A stretch of DNA of 64,000 nt from an uncultured Candidatus Binatia bacterium (GTDB lineage Bacteria; Desulfobacterota; Binatia; Bin18): assembly GCA_965200965.1 (NCBI GenBank), contig OZ241744.1, forward strand, positions 1,184,001-1,248,000. Direction: 5' to 3'. The translations under genes and the position numbers were made by a program. This document shows, one piece after another, positions 1 to 11,068 of this stretch. The notes below the pieces were generated by a model. The model worked only from the letters and a program-made list of their open reading frames with translations. It was not told the origin of the DNA and ran no database searches. How positions within the stretch are numbered: position 1 is the stretch's first letter; the number at the start of each line of letters is the position of its first letter.

Positions 1-751
1 GCTTGAGCAGGGTCAGGACCGCGTTGCCGATCAGGTTCGTGGTCGTCTCGTTGCCGGCGACGAGCAGCAGGACAGCCAGGGCCAGAATCTCCTGCGAGGA
101 CAGCATATCCCGCTCTTCTTCGGCTTTGACCAGGGCGGTAATCAGGTCGTCTCCAGGCTCGATCCGCCGCCGCTCAATGCTGTGCTCAAAGTAGGCCCTG
201 AGCTCGGCTTGGCTCTTTCGGATGTGCGCCCGTTCGGCCTCGTCGCTTGGCCGGCCGGTCGCCCGCACCACATCGTCAGACCAGACCTTGAAATCGCCCC
301 GCCGCTCAGGCTCAACCCCGAGCATCTCGGCAATCACAGTCGTTGGCAGCGGGCCGGACAGGGTAGCAACCAGGTCGCCCTGTGGCTGACGGCGCAGAGC
401 ACTGACCAAGTCGCGGGTAATGGCCCGAAACCGCGGCTCCAGACCACGGATCAGCCGCGGGGTAAACCCCTTGTTGGCCAGCTTGCGCAAGCGTGTATGC
501 TCGGGCGGATTCATGTCAAGAATCCACGGCGTCTCGGGCACGGGATTGAGCTCGCCCAGGGCTTCGGCGGTAAACACCGAGGACGAAAAGATATGCGGAT
601 TGCGCAGGGCAAAATCCACGTCAGCATACCGGCTCAGCGCCCAGCACTGAAACGGCTCCAGCCAGAGCACCGGGGCTTTGTCCCTGAGTTCGGCATAGTA
701 GGGGTAGGGGTTGGCGGTCACTTCCGGGGAGAGCGGGTTGAAATCCATCAT
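1..751 (-). CDS. Cytochrome P450 (5' part; runs off the window start)
   Basis: Absent from the ORF track because no stop lies in the window. Manual translation starts [28 protein letters not shown] after an AGGAGG RBS and reaches the I-helix motif [16 protein letters not shown] in frame at the window edge. Confidence 0.9.
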   Translation of the reverse strand, partial: MMDFNPLSPEVTANPYPYYAELRDKAPVLWLEPFQCWALSRYADVDFALRNPHIFSSSVFTAEALGELNPVPETPWILDMNPPEHTRLRKLANKGFTPRLIRGLEPRFRAITRDLVSALRRQPQGDLVATLSGPLPTTVIAEMLGVEPERRGDFKVWSDDVVRATGRPSDEAERAHIRKSQAELRAYFEHSIERRRIEPGDDLITALVKAEEERDMLSSQEILALAVLLLVAGNETTTNLIGNAVLTLLK

Positions 752-859
752 GAAGACCCTCCTTGGTCGAAAGCTTGCAGAATGAAAACACTATTGTCAA
801 AAGTGGACTGCTGTGCAAGACTCTGCCCCAATCCAAACGAGCGAGAAGGAGTGGCTGCC

Positions 860-2689
<1,830 letters not shown>

Positions 2690-2702
2690 GCATCGCCGCT
2701 GT

Positions 2703-2728
2703 CCGGGCAGCCCTGTGTGGCTGCCCGG
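2703..2728. terminator. Perfect 10-bp GC hairpin between convergent BVMO genes
   Basis: CCGGGCAGCC-ctgtgt-GGCTGCCCGG; no clear U-tract. Confidence 0.45.
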
Positions 2729-2751
2729 CGCACGGCCGGCCCGGCGGCCAT

Positions 2752-4368
2752 CTATTGGAAGGTGAAACCTTCGTAGCCCTTGGCCGCCACCTCCTGACAC
2801 TTCTGCCGATAGGCAGTCGCCGAGTTGGCATACAGGAGCAGGGCGCGTTTCTTGCCCGGGATGTTTGAGCCCATGAACCACGAATCCCCATCACTCAAGA
2901 GCGTCTGGGAGGCCAACTCGTTGGCGTGGTCTATCCAGGCCTGCTCGGCCTCCGGACTGGGCGCAACGCAGCGCAGTTTGTTCTCGCGCATATGGCCGAT
3001 ACAGTCGGCGATCCAATCGACAATCATCTCGGCGCACACCGTGTAGTTGCAGAACGCCGAGTTGGTGGCAATAAAGAAATTGGGGAAACCGGCCGTCTGA
3101 AGCCCCAGGTAGCTGCGCGGCCCGTCGGCCCACCTGCCCTCGAAGGTCTGCCCGCCCTCACCGCGGATATCAATGCGGGTCAGCGGCCCGGACACCGCGT
3201 CAAAGCCGGTCGCATAGATGATGACATCGAGTTCGTACTCGGCCCTCCGGGTCTGCACGCCCTTGGGGGTGATGCGTTCAATCGGGGCTTCACGGACATC
3301 AACCAGCGAAACATTGTCCCGGTTGTAGGCCTCGTAATAGCCGCTCTCCAGGGGAATGCGTTTGGCCCCAAACGGGTGATCCTTGGGTGCCAGCTTTTCC
3401 GCCACCAGCGGGTCGTGGACCCGCTGGCGGATCTTGTTGCGGACAAACTCGGCAAAGGTCTCGTTGGCCTCCCGGTTGGTCATAATGTCGTGAAAGTTGC
3501 CCAACCATTTTTTGAAGCCGGGCAGCGCCCATAGCTCCTCGTACAGCGCCTTGCGCTCTTCCTCTGAAACCTCAAGGGCCGAGCGCGGATCAAATTGATG
3601 CACGAAGCCGGCCGGGGTTTCACGGCACCGCTTGTGGATTTGCGGGTAGGTGGCCTTCCACTCGCTCTGGGTCTGGGGGGCGACTGCCGAGTTGCGTAAT
3701 GGAGCGCAGTAGTTCGGGGTGCGCTGAAAAACGGTCAGATGGCCCGCCTCCTGGGCCACGATTGGAATGAGTTGCACCGCGGTCGCGCCCGTGCCAATGC
3801 AGCCTGCCCGCTTGCCGCGAAAGTCCACCTTCTCCTTGGGCCAGCGTGAGGTGTGAAACGACTCGCCCTTGAAGTGGTCAATACCCTCAAAAGGAGGCGT
3901 ATATTTTGCCGACAGAATGCCGACCGCTCCGATCAGAAACTGCGCCCGCGCCCGCTCGCCGCTCTCAAGCCGGATCTCCCAGCACTTCTCGTCCTCGGCA
4001 TAGACCGCGGCGGCTACGCGGGAATTGAGCTGGATGTCGGGCCGCAGGTCAAACTTGTCGGCCACATAATTGAGGTAGCGCTCGTTCTCTGGCTGGCCGG
4101 AAAAATGCTCTTTCCAGTCCCACTCTTGCAGCAGTTCCTCGGAGAATGAGTAGCCGTAGGTTTCACTCTCGGAATCAAAGCGGCAGCCCGGGTAGCGGTT
4201 CCAGTACCAGGTGCCGCCTACCCCCGCGCCATCCTCGTAGACCCGCACCGACAGGCCCATCTTCCGCAGCCGGTACAGTTGATAGAGTCCCATCACCCCA
4301 GCGCCGATGACGATTGCGTCAAACTCCTTGAACTGCTCCGCGGCTGGTGTGTGTTGAGCGTTTGCCAT
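2752..4368 (-). CDS. Baeyer-Villiger monooxygenase (cyclohexanone/phenylacetone monooxygenase-like)
   Basis: [55 protein letters not shown]. Confidence 0.94.
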   Translation of the reverse strand: MANAQHTPAAEQFKEFDAIVIGAGVMGLYQLYRLRKMGLSVRVYEDGAGVGGTWYWNRYPGCRFDSESETYGYSFSEELLQEWDWKEHFSGQPENERYLNYVADKFDLRPDIQLNSRVAAAVYAEDEKCWEIRLESGERARAQFLIGAVGILSAKYTPPFEGIDHFKGESFHTSRWPKEKVDFRGKRAGCIGTGATAVQLIPIVAQEAGHLTVFQRTPNYCAPLRNSAVAPQTQSEWKATYPQIHKRCRETPAGFVHQFDPRSALEVSEEERKALYEELWALPGFKKWLGNFHDIMTNREANETFAEFVRNKIRQRVHDPLVAEKLAPKDHPFGAKRIPLESGYYEAYNRDNVSLVDVREAPIERITPKGVQTRRAEYELDVIIYATGFDAVSGPLTRIDIRGEGGQTFEGRWADGPRSYLGLQTAGFPNFFIATNSAFCNYTVCAEMIVDWIADCIGHMRENKLRCVAPSPEAEQAWIDHANELASQTLLSDGDSWFMGSNIPGKKRALLLYANSATAYRQKCQEVAAKGYEGFTFQ

Positions 4369-4410
4369 AGTCTTCCTCCTTGACAGGCGTGGTGTTCGGC
4401 CGGTGGGTCG

Positions 4411-4842
4411 CTATTCGGGCAGCACAACCCCGGAACCGCCCATGTCGGCCGGCACGTCCTGCTGTTTGACAATGCTGTCGTGGATGCGCAGCACGGTTTC
4501 TGCGTAGAAGACATGGGCCGCCGGCTCGAACGGCAGCTCGGGGATGACCGCGGCGTAGACATCGGTCAGGCCCATGCCAGGATGCTCGGTAAACACATGT
4601 CCGCCGCAGACCGTACACCATTTGCGGTGGCTGTTGTCGGTCTTGGCATAGCTGCCCAGCTTGTCGGCTCCCTCGGTGACAACGAGCGCCTTGGGGTCCC
4701 ACAGGGTAAAGGCGTTGACCGGGCCGGCCGACCAGTGACGGCACGACTCGCAGTGGCAATAGCCCATCGCCACCGGCGCACCGCTCACAGTTAATTTCAC
4801 CGCACCGCAAAAACAACTGCCGTTATATGTATTTTCGCTCAT
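4411..4842 (-). CDS. GFA/CENP-V family Zn-binding protein
   Basis: CFCG, CHCESCR and CTVCG Cys motifs. Confidence 0.9.
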   Translation of the reverse strand: MSENTYNGSCFCGAVKLTVSGAPVAMGYCHCESCRHWSAGPVNAFTLWDPKALVVTEGADKLGSYAKTDNSHRKWCTVCGGHVFTEHPGMGLTDVYAAVIPELPFEPAAHVFYAETVLRIHDSIVKQQDVPADMGGSGVVLPE

Positions 4843-4904
4843 AGTCGCTGTCCTCCTGTCCCTCTTGTGCGCAAAATATCGGGGGGGCGCAAGTCGGCAT
4901 AAAC

Positions 4905-5657
4905 TCAGAAGTCCCTGAGCCGCGCCGTGGTGTGTGGATCGAGAAAGCCGGCAACCGTGGCTTCGGTTTCAAGCCGCAGGGCGGTGGTGATATCCCGCGC
5001 TGCGCCCTGGTTGAGCACGCGCTTCATAGACCGAACCGCCAGCGCCGGCAGCGCACTCAGTTTCTCGGCCACGCTTTGGGCCTCTGCCAGCAGGCTGTCA
5101 TCGGGCACAACCCGCCACGCCACCCCGAGATCAAGAAGGGTTGGGGCGTCGTACTGCTCACCGAAAAACAGCATTTCGCGGGCCTTGTTCAGCCCGACCA
5201 GGGCCGGCAGCAGCGAACTCACCCCGCCGGTGACAAACGCGCCGAGTGACACCTCGGGGAAAAACCCCCTGGCGCTGGCCGCCCAGATGGGAAAATCGCA
5301 GTTGATCGCCAACTCAAACCCGCCCCCGACCGCCCAGCCGTTGATCGCGCCCACCACCGGTACGTCGCCAAAAACGATCTCTTGGGTAGCGCGCTGTATG
5401 GTGTTGACAAACTCCCGCGCCCGGCCCGGATCGTCCGGGTGGACATGATCCTTGCGATCATCGCCGGCACAAAAAGCGCGGCCAGTACCGGTAAAAATGA
5501 TCGCCCGGGTGGCGGGGTCGGCGTTGGCCTCGGCAAAGGCGCGGGCGAGGTCGTCCATCAGACCGCGGTTCATGGCGTTGAGACGCTCGGGGCGGTTGAG
5601 GGCTATGGTCCGCACCCCTGTATCGCCCAGCGTGCTCAGAACGCTTGCGTACTGCAT
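4905..5657 (-). CDS. Enoyl-CoA hydratase/isomerase family protein
   Basis: LNRPERLNA, AFCAGDD, GWAVGGGFELA, PEV motifs. Confidence 0.92.
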   Translation of the reverse strand: MQYASVLSTLGDTGVRTIALNRPERLNAMNRGLMDDLARAFAEANADPATRAIIFTGTGRAFCAGDDRKDHVHPDDPGRAREFVNTIQRATQEIVFGDVPVVGAINGWAVGGGFELAINCDFPIWAASARGFFPEVSLGAFVTGGVSSLLPALVGLNKAREMLFFGEQYDAPTLLDLGVAWRVVPDDSLLAEAQSVAEKLSALPALAVRSMKRVLNQGAARDITTALRLETEATVAGFLDPHTTARLRDF

Positions 5658-5683
5658 CGCACTTCCCTCCTCATCTCGGGCGA

Positions 5684-6700
5684 TCAGGCCCGGATATCCG
5701 CAATAATACGTTTCAGCCCGGCATCGTTCTGGCCAGGACGGTAGGGGAAATACAGACTGAGCCGGTCCAGCAGCCCGTGGTAGCGCGCCCGCAGCTTTGG
5801 GCCGATCTCGTCTGGCGGGCCGCTGATGCAGAACTCATCCACCATCTCGTCGCTCACTTCCCGGGCCAGGCCGCCCCAGTCGCCGGCCGCGGCCTTGGCG
5901 CTCAGCCGGCCGCTCAGTTCAGCCCAGCCGTGGGTGTCCAGTACCGGCGCATAGGTGCGGGTCGAGGCGTAGAAGCCGATCTGGTGCCGAATCTCCTCAC
6001 GCTGCTCGGCAATAGCCCGCGTGCTGTCGCCGGTAGCGACCAAGGCTTGGGTTGACAGCGTCAGGTCGGCGCGCGAACGGCCGGCCCGGCGCGCCCCGGC
6101 CTCAAGGGCCGGGATGAGCGATTCGCGCAGAAAGCGGGGCGAGTTGAGCGGGTGGACATGAAAGCCGTCGCATACCTCGCCGGCCATCTCGGCGATCCGG
6201 CGATTGACCCCGGCAACATAGACGGGGATGTGTGGCTGGGCGACTTTTGACGGGCTGAAAAACGGCGTCATCATGCTCAGGCGGTAAAACTCGCCCTCAA
6301 ACCGCAGCCGGTTGCCGGTCTGCCAGCAGTCCCAGATCGCCCGCATGGCCAGAATCATCTCCCGCAGCTTTTTGACTGGGGAGACAAACGGGACGCCAAA
6401 GCGGCGCTCGTTGTGGCCTTTGACCTGGGTGCCCAGACCAAGGATGAAGCGGCCCTTGGAGTTGGCTTGCAGGTCCCAGCAGGTGTGGGCCAGCACAGTC
6501 GGGTTGCGCGGAAAGGCCACGGCAATGGCCGTACCCAGACTGACCCCGTGGGTGACGGTGCTGGCAATTGCCAGCGGCATAAACGGCTCGTGGGCGGCCT
6601 CAATAGACCACAGGCCGTCGTGGCCGATCGCCTCGGCCCAGCCGGCAAAGTCACGAATGCCAGAAAAATCGCTGGCCGCAATAACAGTATCAAACTTCAT
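5684..6700 (-). CDS. LLM-class F420-dependent oxidoreductase (TIGR03617-like)
   Basis: AIAVAFPRNP, GLGTQVKGHNERRFG, MMTPFF, IGFYASTRTY. Confidence 0.88.
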   Translation of the reverse strand: MKFDTVIAASDFSGIRDFAGWAEAIGHDGLWSIEAAHEPFMPLAIASTVTHGVSLGTAIAVAFPRNPTVLAHTCWDLQANSKGRFILGLGTQVKGHNERRFGVPFVSPVKKLREMILAMRAIWDCWQTGNRLRFEGEFYRLSMMTPFFSPSKVAQPHIPVYVAGVNRRIAEMAGEVCDGFHVHPLNSPRFLRESLIPALEAGARRAGRSRADLTLSTQALVATGDSTRAIAEQREEIRHQIGFYASTRTYAPVLDTHGWAELSGRLSAKAAAGDWGGLAREVSDEMVDEFCISGPPDEIGPKLRARYHGLLDRLSLYFPYRPGQNDAGLKRIIADIRA

Positions 6701-6730
6701 GGGGCACCTCCCTCCGTCTTCTCTGCCCGC

Positions 6731-7396
6731 TTAGCCCTTGGAGAACGGCGTTCCCCATGAATCAACAAACGCCAACTCCTCAACCGGGCGGCGCGAGATC
6801 GGGCCGTGGCCACGCAGCACCGGATAGCCGACCGGCACAACCGCGGCCGTTCCCCACGGCTCGGGGATAGCCAGCAGGTGGCGCACCTCGGGCTCCTCCA
6901 TGCACAGCAGGGTGGTCAGCACACAGCCCAAGCTCTCTGCCCGGCAGGCCAGCAGCAGGTTCTCGACCGCGGTGTAGATCGAGCCGCCGCCGACTACCGA
7001 CACACGGTCCAGCTTGGCATCCGTCACCGCCAGCCCGTCTGGATCAAAGCAGAAGACCAGCAGGACCGGCGATTCCCCGAAATGCTCGGCCAGATAGGTA
7101 CTGGCGCGCATCACCCGTTCCGCCTTGGCCCGCTCCTCCTCAGAGCGGTCGGCGAACTGTTTCAGGTAGGATTGGGTATAGGGGATGGTGATTTTTTTGT
7201 ACAGCTCGCCCAGACGCTGTTTGCGGGCCGCGTCCTTGACCACAATAATCCGCCAGGCTTGGCGGTTGCCGCCGGTCGGTGCCCAGGTGGCGGCTTGGAG
7301 CACCCGGTAGAGCACATGATCAGGAATGGGGTCGGGGCGCAGCCGCCGCACCGCCCGCAGGGTTCGCATTGCCTCGTACAGGTCAATCGTCGCCAT
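6731..7396 (-). CDS. Nitroreductase family protein
   Basis: RAVRR, APTGGNRQAW, NLLLACRAESLG, VPVGYP. Confidence 0.9.
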   Translation of the reverse strand: MATIDLYEAMRTLRAVRRLRPDPIPDHVLYRVLQAATWAPTGGNRQAWRIIVVKDAARKQRLGELYKKITIPYTQSYLKQFADRSEEERAKAERVMRASTYLAEHFGESPVLLVFCFDPDGLAVTDAKLDRVSVVGGGSIYTAVENLLLACRAESLGCVLTTLLCMEEPEVRHLLAIPEPWGTAAVVPVGYPVLRGHGPISRRPVEELAFVDSWGTPFSKG

Positions 7397-7538
7397 AACA
7401 TCCTCCTGCCTCTGGCATAACCGTGTCCCGCCAAGCCGTCAATCATGTGCCAGACCCGGCTCGCGCCTGGGGGCCGTTTGACAAAGCCGCAGCGACACAC
7501 GACAATCGGCGGAGAAACACCACAGGAGGAACACCCCC

Positions 7539-8447
7539 ATGAGCGAGTTTGAGAGCATTGAGTACGAAGTCGAGCGAGGCCGGGCGCGCATCACCCTCAA
7601 CCGCCCGGAAAAGCTCAACGCCCTGTCCCTGAAGCTTCAGGCCGAGTTGAACGAAGCGCTGTGGGAGGCCGATAACAACACGGACATACACTGCGTCATC
7701 CTGCGCGGGGCCGGGCGGGCCTTCTCAGCCGGCTATGATCTGTCCGGGGCCGATAGCAAGCTGGCGGTATCGCGGGTAGAGTCCGCCCAAAACCGCTATC
7801 GTGGCTCCCGCAGCATTGACGACGACGCCTGGCAACTTGAGCGCGCCCAGCGTTACCGCATGGCCCTGTTTGACATGCACAAGCCGACCATCGCCCAGGT
7901 CCACGGCTACTGTCTGGCCGGCGGCACTGATGTTGCCCTGCTGTGCGATATGATTATCGCCGCCGAAGACGCGACCTTTGCCTTTCCGCCGGCCCGCGAC
8001 CTTGGCGCTCTGCCGACCAACTTCTGGCTGTATCACGTCGGTCCGCAGTGGGCCAAACGGCTGATGTTGACCGGCGACTCACTCACCGGGGCCGAGGCGC
8101 AGGACATCGGCCTGGTTCTGAAGGCCGTGCCGACCGAGCAGCTGGCCGCCGAGGTTGAACAGCTGGCAGATCGCCTGTGCCGGATTGACCCCGACCTGCT
8201 CAGCACCAATAAGCGCATCATCAACCTTGGTCTTGAACTGATGGGTGCCCGCACCCTCCAGCGCCTGGCCGCGGAGAACGATGTGCGGGGCCACAATACC
8301 CGGGCGGCACGGGACTATATGCAGTCGGTCAAAGACAAGGGCCTGCGGGAGACGTTGCGCGCCCGGGACGCCAAGTTCGGCGACGGCCGGGCGCGCGTCC
8401 ACGGTCCCGAAATTCGAGACGAGAAAGGCCGTCTGGTCAATACCTGA
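7539..8447 (+). CDS. Crotonase/enoyl-CoA hydratase family protein
   Basis: LNRPEKLNAL, AFSAGYDL, HGYCLAGG; AGGAGG RBS. Confidence 0.9.
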   Translation: MSEFESIEYEVERGRARITLNRPEKLNALSLKLQAELNEALWEADNNTDIHCVILRGAGRAFSAGYDLSGADSKLAVSRVESAQNRYRGSRSIDDDAWQLERAQRYRMALFDMHKPTIAQVHGYCLAGGTDVALLCDMIIAAEDATFAFPPARDLGALPTNFWLYHVGPQWAKRLMLTGDSLTGAEAQDIGLVLKAVPTEQLAAEVEQLADRLCRIDPDLLSTNKRIINLGLELMGARTLQRLAAENDVRGHNTRAARDYMQSVKDKGLRETLRARDAKFGDGRARVHGPEIRDEKGRLVNT

Positions 8448-8542
8448 ACGGCTCGGTCGAGCCTGGTACTACCTGACCAACTCGGTATCGAAAAAGGTCT
8501 GTTGCTGAATCGACGGGGGACCGCCCAAGGGGAGGAGAACAG

Positions 8543-8743
8543 ATGTTGAGGTTTGTCACTGGCTTGATCGTGGGCCTGTTCCTGGGCGCGGCCGTTCCGG
8601 TACTCGCCTACTACACCAGTTATACCAAGGTATCGGAACTGACGGCTGGCGACCTGGAAAGAATCATGGAGAACGCCATAGAAGACGCGCTGGGCTCCTG
8701 TTCCATACGGCTGTCTGGAGACCGGGGGCGCTTCTCCTGCTGA
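8543..8743 (+). CDS. Small secreted hypothetical protein
   Basis: GGAGGAG RBS, signal peptide ending VLA, two C-terminal Cys. Confidence 0.65.
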   Translation: MLRFVTGLIVGLFLGAAVPVLAYYTSYTKVSELTAGDLERIMENAIEDALGSCSIRLSGDRGRFSC

Positions 8744-8844
8744 GGCGTCCGAACAGGAAAGAACAGAGAACGCCGGTCTGTTCGATCAGATTCCCGCACG
8801 GTTCGACACTACCGGTCGGCACCCCCCACAAACAGGAGGACGGT

Positions 8845-9273
8845 ATGGCTCAGGCCAACGCAATCATTCGGGAAATCGAGACCGCTTATCACCACTATAT
8901 TGCGGTCTTCAACCGCGAGGATGCGACCGGGTTTGTCGGCTGCTACGCCCACCCACACGTCATGCTCAGCGGCGAGCAGGGTCTGAGCAGCGTCCAGACC
9001 GAGGCCGACCATCATACGGTGTATCACAACATTATGGCGGGCTTGCGCGCCAGCGAGTGGGGACGCAGCGATATTGACGCGCTCCAGGTCTTTCCCTACT
9101 CCGAGTCGCTGGCCCAGATAGTGGCCGATGTGACCCGCTACAAACGGGACGGCTCGGTGCTGGAGAAACTGCGGGCCACCTATATGTATCGTCGGGATGC
9201 GGAGGGCTGGAAAATTGTGTCGCTGGCCCTCGTCGAAGCGCCGTTCTCGGGACCGGGAGGAAAACCACGATGA
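8845..9273 (+). CDS. NTF2/SnoaL-like fold protein
   Basis: YIAVFN helix and terminal YRRDAEGWKIV; AGGAGG RBS; ATGA overlap with the next gene. Confidence 0.75.
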   Translation: MAQANAIIREIETAYHHYIAVFNREDATGFVGCYAHPHVMLSGEQGLSSVQTEADHHTVYHNIMAGLRASEWGRSDIDALQVFPYSESLAQIVADVTRYKRDGSVLEKLRATYMYRRDAEGWKIVSLALVEAPFSGPGGKPR

Positions 9274-10490
9274 CGCAGCCGAAGCATGTGTTGGAGGGCT
9301 ATAAGGTCCTGGACTTCTCGCAGATTGTGGCAGGACCGACCTGCACCTTGATGATGGCAGAAATGGGGGCTGAGGTTATCAAGGTCGAGCTGGTCCCGGC
9401 CGGCGACGGTGCGCGTCTCGGCCCGGTCGTCATTGACGGCCGCAGCGGGTATTTTGTCCAGCATAACCGCGGCAAGAAGGACTTGTGCCTGGACGCCAAA
9501 ACGCCCGAGGGGCTCCACATCCTCAAGGGGCTGGTCAGGAAGGTCGATGTCCTGGTGGAGAACTATGCCCCGGGAGTGATCGGGCGACTGGGCCTCGGCT
9601 ATGAGGTGGCCAGTGCGCTCAATCCGGGGCTGGTCATGTGCTCAATTTCGGCCTTTGGCCAGACCGGACCGCTGGCCCATGAACCGGGCTTTGACTGGGT
9701 GGGAGCAGCCTACTCGGGCATTACCTCAATGGGGGGCGAAAAAGACGGCTCGCCCATTTTCCCGATGGTCGCCATGGGTGATGTGTCAACCGGCGCGCAC
9801 GCTATGGGCGCAATCTGCGCCGCCCTGATCTACCGGGAGCGCACCGGCCGCGGCCAGCGCCTTGACCTGTCGCTGCTTGACACCTACGCCCATTATCACG
9901 AGGCCAGCTTCCAGATGTACAGTCTGAGCAAGGGCGCGATCAGTCCGACCCGCTCTGGGGCACATTCGTGGTACGCCAGCCCGGCGGGGGTCTTCAAGGG
10001 CCGCGATCGCTACATGATCCTCATTGCGCCCCTGGAGCAGCACTGGTCGAAGTTGTGCGAAGCAATGGGCCGAGCGGACATGGCCCGTGACCCACGCTTT
10101 ACCGATAACGCGGCCCGGATGAACAATCTGGAGGTCCTCGTAGAGATCATTGAGGGCTGGATTCGCTCCCAGCCGAGCGACGACGCGGCGATTGAGATAC
10201 TGAAGGCGCATCATGTGCCGGTCGCGCCGATTCTGTCCGTGCCTGAGGCGCTCCAGCATCCCCACCTGCGTCAGCGCGGAACCGTGCGGACGGTGCATGA
10301 CCGGCTGCTCGGCGACCTTGAGGTGCCGGGATTTGCCCTGCGCTTTTCGGACTTTCCGACGCCTCTGGAACTCCAAGCCCCGCTGCTGGGCGAGCATAAC
10401 GCCGAACTGCTGACCGAGTGGCTCGGCTACAGTCCGGATGAGGTCCGGGACCTGGAGCGCAGAGGCATTCTGCACAGCGGCCCGGCCTGA
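9270..10490 (+). CDS. CoA transferase family III (CaiB/BaiF)
   Basis: VLDFSQIVAGP, GAEVIKVE, NRGKK, DVLVENY, PGFD, APLLGEH. Confidence 0.94.
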   Translation: MTQPKHVLEGYKVLDFSQIVAGPTCTLMMAEMGAEVIKVELVPAGDGARLGPVVIDGRSGYFVQHNRGKKDLCLDAKTPEGLHILKGLVRKVDVLVENYAPGVIGRLGLGYEVASALNPGLVMCSISAFGQTGPLAHEPGFDWVGAAYSGITSMGGEKDGSPIFPMVAMGDVSTGAHAMGAICAALIYRERTGRGQRLDLSLLDTYAHYHEASFQMYSLSKGAISPTRSGAHSWYASPAGVFKGRDRYMILIAPLEQHWSKLCEAMGRADMARDPRFTDNAARMNNLEVLVEIIEGWIRSQPSDDAAIEILKAHHVPVAPILSVPEALQHPHLRQRGTVRTVHDRLLGDLEVPGFALRFSDFPTPLELQAPLLGEHNAELLTEWLGYSPDEVRDLERRGILHSGPA

Positions 10491-10615
10491 GCCCTGGGGG
10501 GGCCGGCGCAGGGCTGAAGGTCTCGCGCTCTACCCATACCGCGGGGGCGCTTTCCTGACAGCGGCTTTCGGTGTAGCCAGAGAAGAGTCCAGCGTGAGCC
10601 AACGCGGAAGGGATT

Positions 10616-11032
10616 ATGTCGAAACTGAACGAGTACAATACACGGGTGATTGCGGAATTTCGGGCCAACCAGGGCAAGGTCGGTGGCCAGATGGAAAATA
10701 TGCCGGTGGTGCTCCTGACCATGACTGGGGCCAAGAGCGGCAGAACGATCACCAAGCCGCTGGTGTATACGACCGACGGGGAGCGCATTGTTGTCATCGC
10801 CTCCTTCGCCGGAGCGCCCCATCACCCGGCTTGGTATCACAACCTGGTCGCCCACCCCGAGGTCACGCTCGAAATCGGCAGCGAGCGCTTTCGGGCCAGG
10901 GCAGAGGTGACGAGCGGCGAAGAGCGCCAGCGGCTGTTTGACCGCCAAGCCGGGCAGATGCCGATTTTTCACGACTACCAGAAAAAAACCAGCCGCCAGA
11001 TCCCGGTCGTGGTGTTCAAGCGGCTTGACTGA
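10616..11032 (+). CDS. F420H2-dependent deazaflavin nitroreductase (Ddn-like)
   Basis: EFRANQG, GAKSG, IAS..GAP.HPAWYHNL, YQ.KT.RQIPVV. Confidence 0.92.
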   Translation: MSKLNEYNTRVIAEFRANQGKVGGQMENMPVVLLTMTGAKSGRTITKPLVYTTDGERIVVIASFAGAPHHPAWYHNLVAHPEVTLEIGSERFRARAEVTSGEERQRLFDRQAGQMPIFHDYQKKTSRQIPVVVFKRLD

Positions 11033-11068
11033 AGCCAACCCTGAGCCGCGTGTTGGAACTGCTGAGGC

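Noticed and set aside
182-859. N-terminal 226 aa of the 835-aa ORF as a BVMO fusion domain
   Set aside because: It is the antisense shadow of the P450; the real start with RBS is at 860.
8738-8746. Cys-TGA-Gly at the end of the small secreted ORF as possible selenocysteine
   Set aside because: Read-through gives Arg-rich sequence running out of frame into the next gene, with no family evidence.
11035-11062. GCCAAC...GTTGG as an integron attC site after the R-M genes
   Set aside because: Too short, imperfect R boxes, no integrase or further cassettes.
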